64,000 bases of DNA, from assembly GCA_965285935.1 (NCBI GenBank), contig OZ260667.1, positions 52,762,001 through 52,826,000 on the forward strand, written 5' to 3'. Both the position numbers and the translations under genes were made by a program. Under the pieces are notes generated by a model. The model searched no databases. It was given only the letters and a program-made list of their open reading frames with translations, and was not told the DNA's origin. This document shows positions 11,401 through 25,742 of the stretch, piece by piece; the stretch's first letter is position 1, and each line of letters opens with the position of its first letter. This DNA is from Ophelia neglecta. Lineage: Eukaryota.

Positions 11401-13134
11401 TTGGATGTCATGTATCTGATATAATGTATTTCATTCTTATCACTGAATCGTCATTGAAGTTCGATAAACCTTGAGCTATATAGAATGTTGATGTTTTTTC
11501 ACCGCGATAATTCGGAAATGCTTGGGGCACTGTCCTCTTATCTTTGTACTTGTTTTATCTATCTTTTATAAGCCAAACGATGCACTAGATGAAGTGACAC
11601 TAGAATGCAAATATTGTAGGGCGCACCTCTTTTTGTAAAGGTAGGTAATAGCTTTTGAAACAAATACCTTATTATCTTAATAAAACAAAATAAATAATAA
11701 TACGTCACACATCAAATCCCATTTCGACGAATCAATCGAAAATAAACGGGGAAGCAATCAGTATTCCGACTTTTTGATGTGCTATGAATTATGATAGCCA
11801 TTAATGAAGTTGTCTGAATATGATAGATAGGAACATTGTAACGTTATGCACTCCTTGCTCTCCTGCCACTCAGATGATTGATTAAACAATTTACCGTTGG
11901 GTGATAGGAATTCATTATGATTGATGTCATGACGAAAAGTGTTTAATACCGTTTACACCTTCCTTGATGTGTGACAAAACTATGATATTAGTTCACGGAA
12001 ACAGGATCCATGGCAAACTTTTCAGTAACACATCTATCATATATTATTTTCAATCTTAACGTTTTTTGATAATTATTTTCTTCCAAAAAAAATTCAGTTA
12101 CAAACAAATGTAATTGGAATTGATATACGGTTTAAATTTACATTGAAATATGTCAATGCCATTCACATAGGGTGTACTAATGTAATACACCATTTTAAAG
12201 TTTGTGTAATGAACAAAAATCAAATTTCAGGTGGCGTTGTAGCAGTATGCACATCGCTCGTTGTTGCTAAGCAGCGTCGCTGGAGGGACACACATTGACC
12301 TCATTGGTTCCGTGTGCACAGCTGTGTTAAAGCTGTTTAGAAATTAATATAATGTTCCAGTACACTGTCGTGAACGGAAGATGTAATCTCCCTTGCCATC
12401 ATTTAACTGCGCGACTTTTTCCAGCGTGTGTGGTTTCACTTAAATTACCATGAAACGGCCGTTAAACACAACTATTGGTGCACGAGCAGTCTACAACTCA
12501 TTGCGTTCAGATTCATATGAAATGGCAGTCTTGCCTTTATGTAAGTGGAAAATTAGACGTTGCTTAATTTTCATGCACCTGTCATTAACCGAATGTTATA
12601 TTTAAAAAAAACATAACACATTGAATCCAAATACCGAAAATAATTAAAACATTATTCAGAGTGGAGTAGTGTACAAAACAACTCAATTGTATATCCCGCA
12701 TTAACCAGAAAGGGACATTGAAAAATGTTTGATTAGTGTATGGGGAAAGTTATTTGTTTTTATTCATTCCGATCGTTTATTCAATTTTTGATTTTTACAG
12801 TGTTCCTTTCTGGAACTTTCCTCATCACCTAAGTTTAAATCTTAGAAACACACTTCCAAAAAACCCGTGTCCTACCTGCCCTACCTGTTTATCGTTTTCG
12901 CAAATGTGTATCACGGTTACATGTTAGCGAGCCCAAAAAATGCAATGAGGCCTGTTTTAGATATTGCTTACTTCTAGCCAGCTGTCACTTTCCCCCCCCC
13001 CCCCTCAAAGCCTGTACGCAAGTATAGAAAAGTGATCAGCTAAAGGTGGGAAGTTTCATTTACAGCTGTGTTACTGAGCCTGCCTGTCCATCAGTTTACC
13101 GAGCGTATTGTCCCGGTTTATAAATGGGAGGCGT

Positions 13135-14677
13135 AATGAAGGAAAAAGTTCATAATCAATTTCGGTCACAATCAACTTCCGCTCTCCAGCGTTTATTATG
13201 CACGTCGCCTCTGAAACGTTCGATCCCGCTGACAGATGAAGGATAATCACATTCAATGTAAACAATATAGTTCACAACCAATGTGTTTAGGTAGTAGACG
13301 GGAATATTCCTGATATCAAAACTAACATAGTCAGGAAAACTATGAGAGATGCATTACGTCGTCATCGATGGTTGTAACCGCTTGCTATAAAGCGAGAATA
13401 CCATTACAATTAAAAGAATGGACGGCCAGTGCGTATAAGTAAGACTTGTTGCTATGTGGTTAGTTAGCATAGAGGTATAATCCTGCTAGCTAAATCGAAA
13501 TCAGCTGACAAAGTTCAATATATAACATAAATCACTACCTTCTATGCGTCAGAATGATTAACTGAAAATTGCGATCACCGTCTAGTTTACTGTCTGACGT
13601 ATGAACGCGACAACGATTTGGCGAAATGTCCTGCTATTTATATCAGTTAGATATTTTAACATACAATATAACTAGATAAGTATACTATAATTATGTTTTG
13701 TCCCGGAAAATCATGTCACACTAACACTTAATGAATGGCTAATGTTGACTGAATGACCTATTTTTATTATCATAAGATTCGAAATATGTTCGCGGCAGCA
13801 TTCTCCACAGTATCAAAGACAAATGGGCTTCAGTTGTTGTTAATATAAACAGGAATGTATATATAGACACCGAGCCCTTGATTTAAATGTATTAACGTAA
13901 GTGCTACAGCGATTAAAACTTTGTCAAATCATAGTTATCGTAGTTATCACAGTTTACTACTGCGAGCTTACCGATATTGATTATGGAGCCAGACTCTTAT
14001 TAGTTCATTTCCTTTTCATGCCACCAAACTCTCTGGAACCACCAAGGTTGCAACCGCATATCTTTAACACTCGACTTGCGTCCTATGGGCTATCAATATT
14101 CTACATCACCAATAAAGATCAAAACTATAAGGAAATATGGAGCCGATGAAAATCAAACTGATACTTGGGGTATGTCATTAGCCTCACATTTAAGATCATA
14201 AAAGTAACAGGCAATGTTTAATTTGTAGCCGTTAGGACACACATAAGTGTGGTCAAATCCTCTTTGAAGAAAATGCCATGGAGTGAACTTAAGTAGAGGG
14301 GCGAGCCTTGATTTTCCCATGACATTGTTCCTACGTCATAGTATAGGAGTTTTCATTTTATAAATCAGAACACCTCACTCCCTTTTCAGTCATATAGTGT
14401 CCCTTGGTCCGGACACATATGTGACCAGGAGTTATTCTTAAACGACATTTACGATGACGTCGTGTCGTTTATAATCCCCTTCATGCAGAGAACATTTCGA
14501 ATAAAATGGCATATACATGTTACGCATCTAAGCAAGATTAATGTTTGCTACTTTATTAGTCTTCTCTAGCAGTTTCTATTCAACAGATTGCCTTTAAAGC
14601 TCCAACTAATCTATAACATCCACAAAATAGATTTTGCATCACTTCTTGATTATACATTTAAAATGAATGATGTTCAT
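13135..14677. repeat. Old tandem duplication, copy 1 (~1.54 kb)
   Basis: GTTCATAATCAATTTCGGTCACAATCAA occurs at ~13148 and 14691, with colinear similarity (roughly 80% by eye) through the unit. Confidence 0.9.
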
Positions 14678-16207
14678 TATGAAGGCAAACGTTCATAATC
14701 AATTTCGGTCACAATCAATTTCCGCTTTCCAGCGTTTAGTATGCACGTCGCTACTGAAACGTCCGATCCTGGTGACAGATGAAGGATAATCACATTCAAT
14801 ATAAACAATATAATTCACAAGAAATGTGTTTAGGTAGCAGCCGAGAATATTCCTAAAAACTAATAAAGCCATGAAAACTATGAGAGATGCATCACGTCGT
14901 TATCGATGGTTGTAACCGCTTGCTGTAAATCGAGAATATCAATATAATTAAAAGAATGGACAGCTAATGCGTATAAGTAAGACATGTGTCTATGTGGTTA
15001 GTTATCATGAAGGTATAATCTTGCTAGCTAAATCGTAATCAGCTGACAAAGTTCAATATAAAACATAAATCACGACCTTCTAAGCGTCAGATATGGAACG
15101 GTTGACTGAAATTGCGATCACAGTCTAGTTGACTGCCTGAAGTATGGACGCGGCAACGATTTGGCAAAATGTCCAGCTATTTTTATCAGTTAGATATTTT
15201 GGCATACAATATAACTAGATTAGTATACTGTAATTATGTTTCAGTTCCCGAAGAACCATGTCAACGCTAACGCCTTATTAAAGGCTAATACTGATTGACT
15301 AACCTATTTTTATTATCTTAAGGTTCCAAATAGGGGCAGCATTCTCCAAAGTATCAAAGACAAATGGGCTTCAGTTGTTGCTGAAATAAACAACAATGTA
15401 TATTAAGACACCGAGCCCTTGGTTGAGATATTATAACGTCAGTGCTACAGCGATGGAACTTTTTCAAATCATAGTTACCATAGTTATCATAGTTTACTAC
15501 ATATTCCGGCAGGTTCTCCATATTGATTATGGAGCCAGACTCTTATTAGTTCATTTGCTGTTCATGCTCCCAAATTCACTGGAACTATCAAAGTTGCAAC
15601 CGCATATTTTTAACACTCAACTTACGTCATATGGCTCTTTAATATTCTCCATCATCAAATAAGAAAGAAAATTTGAAAAATAATGGAGCTGATAAAAATC
15701 AGACTGATACTTGGGGTATGTCATTAACCTCACTTTTCAGATCATATGAGTAACAGGCAATGTTTAATTTGTAGCCGTTAGGACATACAGCAATGTTGTC
15801 AAATCCTCTTTGAAGAAAATGCCATGGAGTGAACTAAAGTCGAGTGGCGAGGATTGATATTCCCAGAGCATTGATTCCTACGTCATAGTATAGGTGTTTT
15901 CATTAAATTAACCAGAATTCCCCACTTACTTTTTAGTCATGTACCGTCCCTTGGTCCGGGAACACGTATGGGACAAGAAGTTATTCTTAAAAGACATTTA
16001 CGATGACGTCGTGTCGTTTTTCATCCCCTTCATACAGAGAACATTTCGTATAAGATGTCATATACATGTCACGCATCTAAGTAAGATGCTACTTAATTAT
16101 TCTACTCTAGCAGATTACCCTTAAAGTTACACATAATTTGTAACATTCACAAAGAAAGCAGTTGCATCCCTTCTTTATTACATATATAATGAATAATGTG
16201 GTTCATG
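14678..16207. repeat. Old tandem duplication, copy 2 (~1.53 kb)
   Basis: Colinear with 13135-14677; for example ATTGATTATGGAGCCAGACTCTTATTAGTTCATTT and GACATTTACGATGACGTCGTGTCGTTT occur in both copies. Confidence 0.9.
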
Positions 16208-17890
16208 ACAGTACAGCTTAGAGGCGAGCATATCAGTTTCGGGTAAGCTTGCTCCTTTTGTATCCTGTATTTCAAAATGGGAATCAACACCCGACAGACG
16301 GAGTATATTGATACATTTAGTTTCAAAAACTAATCGGGATACCCGGCAGGCAAAGCTGACAATAGTCCATTAAATTCACCCAATTCATCAGGAACTGGCA
16401 GCCACAGCACCACAAACATCATTCTTAAGCTCCCAAACAGTAAATGTAGTAAATTAAACATAACAAAACAAAACAAAAGTGATATCATCAGCAATCATAA
16501 GTAGTAAATAGTTTTTCATGGTGCGAGTGAGATCATAAAACTAACGAGTCAGTGGTCAACGTGGATCGGAGATTAAATAAGTCGCAAAAGAGACTGCGAT
16601 TGTGTAACCTACTAATACTTTGAGACTTCAGATGAAAGCGAACAGTCTATTTAATAGGCTCGATATTATCAGGAACCTTCAGCTTTATTGATGAACAAGG
16701 CTAGCCGGAGATATTTCATGCTGCTAACAAACAGTCACACTTCTCACATTGCAGTGTGAGTAAGGGGTTAGTATAGCTAATTTTAGTAGTGCAGAGGAAT
16801 TTAACAAGAGGAATTTGTTTAACTACCACCACCCCCTCTCCACCACCACCACATCCGTTTGAACGAACGAAGCAAAAAAAAGTCTTGCTGTATTTATAAC
16901 AGGGCTATATATTAGGTATGTATTTTCATTTTGGTCAGAAGCCTCGAAGATATCAAAGAGCACACCAACGCTGCAAACATGACAAAATTAGCTCTATTGA
17001 TACTGTTGCCTAGTCCTAAACAGTGCGGTTCCTGCTAGATTAGAATCTGATCTATCCTTAGTGGTGTCTTATCCGACTGGCAGTATTGCCTCGAGAAACA
17101 CAATGCCAGCATTGAAAGCATGGCAGACAGGGTAGGGAGGTACCGAAAGATAGACAAGGGGGATGCGTTTCTACAAATAGGATGTTATAGGCCTGTTCAA
17201 CAAATGCCCACCATGGTCTGTGGGGCGGAACCTTATAGGACATATTTGTGTGCTTTTGGCAATTATGTGACACACTAAGTGAGTAGAAGTCTAAAATACC
17301 GTATTTGCCGGATACAACAAGGCCGATGGGAAGCATATACCTCGATTGAATATAAATCCGTTTAGCCTAGTTGTCGGCATCAGAAGAAATACAGGGAACA
17401 AATTTGATAAACTTGCATCCTCCTTGTCTTGTTTGCTGCAATTTGTCTTCCAGGAATGTATCATATTTGTGCAATGAATATAACAACATGTTTTCACTTT
17501 GTGTACAAGTTGTACCTTCCAATCGTCAATATGTTACCAGGATTAACGATGACCAAATTCTTCACAGAATCACTGGATTGACATGGCTATGAAAGGTTAT
17601 CATAAAGCGAAATAAAAATACATACTAATCTCAAGTTTGGCATGGAAAAGCGGCAAGTGAACTAAATATATTGGTATAAAACTGCCTTCTTAAAGTATTA
17701 TATTCGGTTTTGTTTAAATCATCTTTTAGGTACCAGTATTAGTTCGATATAGATATGTCTTCATCGGTGTTTGTTATGCCGCGATTCTTGACTGAAACAT
17801 ACCGTCGCCGCTGTTTTATACAGGCGGATGGAAACGATGGAATAATTATATGTTCAACGTCCAGGGCGTTGGATAGGCGCTTTATATATA

Positions 17891-17923
17891 AATAATAATA
17901 ATAATAATAATAATAATGATAAT
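17891..17923. repeat. (AAT)n microsatellite
   Basis: aataataataataataataataataatgataat. Confidence 0.95.
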
Positions 17924-18699
17924 TATATGTTTGAAAACGTGTAAAAATACTTTCCTTCAAGATTTTCTTACGGCAAGTGATTGCCACGAACATTTATTTT
18001 ACCATATTCACATTTAAAGCAATTCATTAGATTTCAATGTATACCTTTTTTTGAATATTCTAGATATCATATGCGGCGATCGTGTAAGCAGGGGATCTCA
18101 TGACAAGAGGATTTTGCTTTCACTGAGACAGTCAAACTAAGTGAATTAATGTCATATGATGGTGCATAAACAAACTATTTCTCATTGGATGTGTCGTGTA
18201 GGGTATCTTATTGCTATGACCTACATGGCACGCCCCCATAAGGTGTGTGCTGCACAAGCCAATTGAGTGGCTGACTACATTAGAGAATTTTCTGGTAATT
18301 TAATAAGCAGCTTACGGTCATGGTTTAGTAAAAATTTACTTGTGCTGGTGCGAGGACACAGTGATGAGACAAGTAATAATGTTTAGGGCCAAGAATCTCC
18401 CTAGGATGCTTCTGTCATATGCCATAGGGTTCTCAATCATGTCATGTGAGCATGCTAGAGCGGAAACAATCTTTTCACTTTGTGTGTCCGCTCTAACGTC
18501 TATGCTCGGCACCGAATGCTTTGTCCGAATAGCATACTTTACAGCGTAGCTACAAATAATACTCGCGAGAATCAATACATTCAGCGAAGTTATATCTATT
18601 GATAAGTAATACAATTCCTTACATTTACATTCAGTGCACGTCCCACTGTCAGGTGTAATCGTCAGACAGTTAGTCTTATGAGTAAGAGTTCTCTTAGGT

Positions 18700-21230
18700 C
18701 TGTATTATGTGTGTTGCTATTCAGCCTCAGGAGCCAGCTGTGAGGTGCTGTCGCCAGTCTATCGCCAGTCTCGGCCGGATGAGTTACCTTTCGGCGGACC
18801 CTCGTTGGATGCTTATATTCTGGTGGAAGGCAGTGACGAAGACCAGTTCGTTTCACCTCAGACTGAACGTGATATCTACAATGAAATAAAATAGCAACAT
18901 GGAAACTCACTAAGGACGGACTTCGTCAGCAAACTGCAGGCTCTATGAAAGAGAAGTCCTGCATGAGACTCGGGTGGCGCTGTATGTTTATTGTTACACC
19001 AATATCCCCGACACATCGAATACAAACCTCATCAAGAGGATAGGAAATAATGAAGCGGAGAAGTTAGCTGATGACATATACCTGCTATATCAATTTGGAG
19101 AAGGCGATAATTCAATCAATTGGGGAGGCTTCTTACCTTTCACCGCGAAATCAGCAGACATGTATCAGACTAGCTCTCCGATGATGAGGACTCGCTTGAC
19201 CAGGAGGCTGGTGGCGGTCTGTTGCAGCCTCTTCTAGACCTCGTAGCACTACACCGTCAATTACAGGAACAACTTACTATGGATGAAAAGAGACAGTTGA
19301 GAAAAGATAACTGTACTCTAAGGGAAACGAATTAATGGTGGCAAACAAATGAAAACGATATAAGGCAGATATTGACAATTTGACTTGAAGTCCTAGACAG
19401 ACCCCCTATAAGTAGCTGCCCAATTTTTTCGGGAGTTGTAAAATTGTCAAACAGAAAACGTCATGAAGACGCTAGGTTTATTGAAATATCATTGGACCCG
19501 AATCAAGAAAAGTCAACCAAACACTAGACTATGGATCAAAATAACAACCAGTCTGCTACTTCCTTACCTGGGGCCAGTGGAGTTAGGGTCGAGCATTGTA
19601 TCATGCTTAAGAAGACCGATTCTTACAGGTCGTACAAGCTGACCATGGACATCTCGTGACGGCATCTACATGCTGGCCAGAAGGAGTGAACGTTCGCCAT
19701 AAGGTATAGCGTTAAACTTACCCAACAGAAAATAAAACAATTGTAAAACAAAAATGGAAACGATAAACTTACCGTTTACCGTGGTGCCATGTTTAGCAAG
19801 TACCTAATATAACTCAAAAGTCAAAAAAAACTTGTTTAAAGGAATGTACAGTTCCTCAGTGGACTTTAAATCCGTGCCACCAGCAATACCGCTCCCCACT
19901 GAACCACATATGTATCCCGACAAACTGTGTGTCCCTCGCCAGCCATTTCGCAGTGTATGCAAACTGTACCCTGATCACCTCGGACCATTTACCAGTATCA
20001 TGTTAGCTACACATCCAAGAAGAACACTTCATGCCCCCCCCCCCCCCCCCCCCCCGGGTGGGAAACACTCAGTTGGCACAATGGTGACATAGCTTAATGC
20101 GCTTATCCTGTTGACGAGAACATCGGTGATTTAAGAAAAACCTACCAACTGGGGATAGCGACACGTTTCTCATTGATGCAACACGAGAATATTAAATCAA
20201 GCCACACAGGGTACAATTCCCCAGTCCTAAATCACATTTTATCAAAAGAACATTTGGAAAAGCAAATTGAAGGCGGCACACAAAAGCTGAAACGTATATT
20301 ATGGACGCCGCGTGGTTCCGCTGGAGACAAGCATCATTCATCGAACAGCAGCTATAAGGCAGCAAAAACGAGATTTAGGAAGAAAATAGGTTCGAGACAA
20401 GGATATGTGAAGTTTGTGGTGTTTTTACGAGTCGCAGAGGCTGGAACGATTCCATCTGACTGTGCTCCACCAACTCTACTCCCCTTGAACTTTTTTTGGA
20501 AGAATCATGTTTGACACCTGCTTATGAATAAAGCGAGGAAGCAGAGCACTATGACACTCACTTCGCTAAGCTAGTACAACTAAAGGAAAACATCGTAAAG
20601 CAATCAGACAATGATTGCGACGATACCTGTACATTTCTGTTGGAAAATTCTAAAATCCAGACGGATGAGTCTGAGGAGACCAACCGCGTGGTAAAGCCTC
20701 TGTAACTGACAGTCTCATTTCTGAAACCTCAAGTATTGAGGACCTTCACTTCATAACCTATTAGTAAATCTGCTCAATTCTTTTTACATATCTGAAATTT
20801 TCAAAACAGGCGTTATAATAAATTCCTTTGTATAACGGGGAAAAAAGTCAAAATCTTCCAAAGACTCGGTACAGGGGGTTATCTTCATCCCGGCGCTTGG
20901 TAAAAAACCTATTAAAATCTATCGCTCGAACTGAAGCCTTAGCTCATTGACAGTGACTTTCAGGACACCCTGTAGCACTGGAAACAGGAATCGAACAAGA
21001 TGTGACTGTCATTCTCTATTTGGGAGACAATAAAGCATAACTAAGGGAGTTAAGGCAAGGTTTGTACTGCTTTTCTAGACGCCGAAAATGCCTTTGACAG
21101 GGTTTGATGGTAGGGTCTTTTCTTGATGCTCCATCAGATCGGAATAAAGGAAACTGCACTATATTCAAAGAGAAGTATCATGGCTAGTAAGTGTCAAGTA
21201 AGACTGCCATCCATGGCACGGCACAATCAG
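18700..21230 (+). mobile_element. Degenerate non-LTR retrotransposon (CR1/L2-group LINE) with ORF1 and ORF2 remnants
   Basis: ORF1-like AEKLADDIYLL (ORF 18974) and C-terminal CWPEGVNVRH (19671-19700). ORF2 linker YKAAKTRFRKKI (ORF 20173). RT remnants FKTGVII (~20800), a YRG..PALGK-like stretch (~20870) and VCTAFLDAENAFDRV*W*GLFLMLHQIGIK (from 21060). Confidence 0.8.
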
Positions 21231-23682
21231 AAAAGGCGAATGTTAAAGCTTTCACTGTATTGCTTCGCCTACTTGCCAAACCACCTCTTTAACTGAAGCG
21301 GTGTCTCATGTTTTCTCCCTTTTTTATATAACTGGGGGAACATGTGTAAGGGTTTCCATTTGATGGTAGTTGGGGGGAAAACGGAACAGGTTCCCCTTGA
21401 ATGGCAAATAGAGGTAAAACATAGGACAATTTGCCAATGAAAGAATGTGCTTCGAATTGGTAACGTTAATAAAATGAGTAGTATGTGTGTTGTGTTTGTA
21501 TTGATTATAATATAAGTGGTTAATATAGTATGGTAGTATTCAGAACAAAATGTGAAATACATTTACTGCAGTAGTCCGGTCGTTAGCTTAGCTTTTTGTA
21601 ATTGGATATTAAGCCTGTCTATAATAGACTTACTAGGCCCTAACCCGTTCCTCCCTTTTTTGTATTGAGCATAATCTCAAGGAAAAAGTAAGATAATGTT
21701 CATTTTAGCCGATACTTACGCCAATATGTTGGGATTGTACGATTACACATGTACAAAACCTAGCTGATTATGTTAGTATCTTATCCAAGACCAGTATCTT
21801 ATCAAGTAATAATCTCACTGTGATAATTGGACTTTAGAAGAAACAAAGGGCCTTTTATTAAGTCAACCGCTACAGCAGAAAACATTTTCGTGAATATCAA
21901 GTAGGGAAACTTACATGCCTTTGATTGAAAGCAGACGAGCAGAGGATTGGCGGTGTGAATCTAGGAAATAGGGCACACAACTAGACTAGAACAACAATAG
22001 TCCTAATTCTTCAATACAATTTAGATATAAGTCGTTTAGTAAAGTCGAAGACCTCCGCGTTTAACCAATATCCACATTCAGTGTTATTTCTGACGTATAT
22101 AATAATTTTTGTCATTGTGTTATGCTAAACTGTAGAAAATATACATTCATTAAAATGCTGAATTGGATCTATGGACCCTCTAGTGTGAATCCTGTATTGT
22201 AATAAACTACAGGTAATATACTTTAAATACCAAATCTAAATCAGACAGACATCGTTGTCCAGTTTTATATTGTACCTTTATATGCGAATTTCAATGTCTT
22301 TGGGTATTGACTTTAGTGCGAGATGGCATTTTGCCCAGATACTCGCGGCACGACAACATCAATTTTTCACGCCAATGCTTTGTAATATCTTTTTAATATA
22401 AGGGACAGTTTTATGTGGTGTAATGCAGTACATTAAGAAAATCATACTTAATAGAAACTTCGGCATAGTCTTAACGGGCAGCATGAAAGAATCCTGGCTA
22501 GGAACTGAAGTAGCAATGACACATTTCTAATATAAGTACGGGGCAGGCGAACATACATGAGTGATTTACCCCAGGGCTACTGTTGTTCAACTATGTGAAA
22601 AGTGACATTTAAGACTCTCGTATGAATAAATGTATCTGTGGTTGGCAAGTTAAGATACACAACTTGAATTTGAAAGCATGTTTGTGAAATATATTAGGAT
22701 TAAACATTCATGCTGTGAATCGAAATGAAAAGTTTACATTCGGCACAATATTGTGGTGGTGCTGATTGTTTTATTTATCATGCGGAATATAGCAATACTA
22801 TCGGTACAGTCTCCGTATGGTTCCCTATATATTCCCCACCTCTGGTCAACATAAAGGCAATTATGAATACCAAGTACACATATATTGTAACAGCTAGTAT
22901 CACATTCTTACAAATATGTTATTGTGAAATAAAAACTTTAACCTCACTACACAGGTAGGAGGCACTAATAGTACATTAGATGTTTTTGACGTCAGCCTAC
23001 CGATGAATGTGACAGGGCTATGCTCAGGTCATAACCTTTATTGTTAGCAAAAACCACCCGCTGCACATGGCTTTCTATGGATGAAAACACCAGTGAGTGA
23101 CTAGTACAGAGCAGCAGTAAAACATCTACCTGTGGATATGCCTGACTGCTCTATCAGGCGCAACCGTTATGCGAGGTTTTATCGATAAATGTAACATGAA
23201 ACAGATTGTTGTGGCTATAGCATCTTGCTTGTATTGTATAGTCAACAGTAGAAGGCCGATGTTAATTCTTCACAGTGAAAACGGCATTCAAAGTTATCCA
23301 GGATCACATAAGAAATGTTATAATTGTTGTTCATCTGTCCAGGATTCCATAAGGTATGTCGAAATGGATGTTCTTTTGTTTTGAGGTTTGGCTTTGTCTT
23401 CTATTCTCAGGATACGAATGCCAGAAAGTAGGTTACTTTATGTATACTTATGTATATACATATATAATGTCTCAACGTTCACAAATAAATCTAACGATAA
23501 CTTACTGTTTTCCCGTGCGATAAATAAAGCATACGTCTAAATCCCCAACTTTAGAACTATTTTAATGATATTTATATTTAAATACTTGTTATGCATATTG
23601 CAATTTGTATTTGGGTTTTTCTCGATTTAAGATCCAGATGCCCCTGTTTCAATTCACGTCTGGGAAACTGATATAGTCGACC

Positions 23683-24551
23683 ATGTCGAACTCGTATGGT
23701 TTGAAACATTTGAAGAGTCCTGTGATACTGGCTTTCGTATTAATCTGCCTCGGCCTGTCCTTGTTTTATGTTCTGTGTCCTCGTTATGAGGTCTGGTACG
23801 GCTTCAACAATAGTGGAACAGTCCTCATGACAACTAATGTATCAACGAACTCCAGTCCCAGCACAATTCCAGCGTTCCCGTTATCACCAGTTAATACTAC
23901 CATTGGAACACAGACGTTGGGTTCAACTGCCCAATATAGTTCGGATAATCAACATTCGCAAGACTATGATATGGACAAGGATTTCAAAGAAAAAAGCCAG
24001 GTGTTAGAGACTGATCAGGGTCGAAGTTTCAACTATAGTCTGGGTCCAGGTGGGAGTTTCCAGGTTGGCGATGAAGATATTTACATATACAGCGCCTTTC
24101 TGGACACCCGGTTTAAACCTCACTCGATCCGAATGTTCGGCATGCAGTCTCAAGCTGTCACTTCGTTACTGCGTTGCTTGTTCACGTTCCCAAACGGCAC
24201 CCAACTTGTGGCCAGTGAAGGTATATCCGAAGCTATATTTCCTGATTGGCCTACGCCCAAAGTACAATATCTAGCCTACTACTACAGCTGCAAGCTGCCA
24301 ACAACGCGGGGTCTTACTGATGATGTAGCATTGGAACTTTCTGTGAATGGATCAGGCCTGCGTGCCAGAGTTCCGTGGACTGAGATTGGAATGGTCCCAG
24401 ACAAAGATCGAGGGACTCTGGCTCTGTGTGTTAAGGCAGTATGGGGCCGACTAGATTCCCGCCGCCTGGTGGAGTGGATAGAAACTAACCGCGAACTGGG
24501 AGTCCAAAAGATTGTTTTCTATGACCGGACCGTCGTTGGACCATCTCAAAG
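23683..24551 (+). CDS. Glycosyltransferase family 92 (DUF23) protein, paralog 1, coding exon 1 (type II membrane anchor, Ser/Thr-rich stem, start of catalytic domain)
   Basis: 290-codon ORF with TM segment VILAFVLICLGLSLFYVLC, YIYSAFLDTR and LALCVKAVWG..LVEWIE...LGVQKIVFY. Donor AG|GTAAGT at 24551/24552, phase 2. Confidence 0.92.
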
Positions 24552-24604
24552 GTAAGTTGCAAATATGTTTATGTTGTTTACCTGAAGAGATCAAAAGTAT
24601 TTTT

Positions 24605-24634
24605 CAGACAGACAGACAGACAGACAGACAGACA
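24605..24634. repeat. (CAGA)n microsatellite in the GT92 intron
   Basis: cagacagacagacagacagacagacagaca. Confidence 0.95.
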
Positions 24635-25048
24635 GGCAATATTTATTTTGACCACATTGTCTAGGTAATACAAGCAAACTAAGAAGTTTGATAGTATAAT
24701 GTCAATAGATATATAAAAGGAGACTGATAAATTTTTAGCAGCGGCCAAGGAGACTCAAACTTAAGATATATACTATCGCTATCGTGTGAGCCACCCATGT
24801 GAAGGGTGCGAAAACCTAAAAATTAATATTTTGAATGTACTAGTATATACTTATATAATAGGTGTCCAGTAAACTGTATAGATATATATAATTCATATGA
24901 AATTTACATATTCATGAAATGACATATATTTCACTCAAAACTATAAAGTGTTTTGTCCAGTTAAACAGCCGATAACAGACGAAAAGTGGCAAGGAATTCA
25001 GGTACTAGGTAAGGAATATGCTAAATGAAATTTCCTATCTTTTGAAAG

Positions 25049-25742
25049 AGTTCTGCAATATTACTCTCAGCGAAGCTTGGTGGAAATCATACCATATACC
25101 TACGCACTCGCCATGGCGTCTCTGATGAATGATGACCCAATGAGACTTAAACTCAAGAACGAGGGTTTCATTATGGAGCAGGGCTACCTAGTATCTATAA
25201 ACGACTGTTACTATCGCTTAAGGGACAGATACAAATACGTTCTCCTGATAGACATTGATGAAATCCTTGTGCCAGTCAAAAACGAGACATTTCATTCGCT
25301 TATTTTTCGCGCGAAAAACTACGCACCCACTGCTTCAAGCTTCGTTTTCCCAATGGCCTGGCATTTTGGAGAGTATGATGAGTCGACATCAAATGAGAGT
25401 ATTCCACAATACATGTACATGCAGCGACACCTGAGAAGAACACAAATAATGAATCCTGCTAACGACCAACCGAAAGCAATTTTGGATACGGACGGAGTGC
25501 TTACCTTAAACTGGCATGGTGGTGTCAAGATACCAGAAGGACATGGTTACGAAGGCAACCTTAAACTTAAATGGTCGGATTATGGCTTTTTGCATCATTT
25601 CCGGGAAAGTTGTGAAGACAAATATAACCCAAATGAATGTAATTTTATGAAGGATATGTCTGAAATTGATAAATCAATACCAAGACTTGCTAAAGCGTCC
25701 ATGCGTGTCAAAATGACCCTTCAAGAACTCCAATTACTCTAA
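25049..25742 (+). CDS. Glycosyltransferase family 92 protein, paralog 1, coding exon 2 (spliced product ~520 aa)
   Basis: Acceptor TTTTGAAAG|A at 25048/25049 restores the frame (QR-VLQYYSQRSLVE). Contains INDCYYR, the DxD motif LLIDIDE, PKAI and LHHFR; stop at 25740-25742. Confidence 0.92.

Noticed and set aside
13185-13235. GTTCGATCCC B-box as a tRNA or SINE head
   Set aside because: No cloverleaf or clear A-box; the motif is not kept in the duplicate copy.
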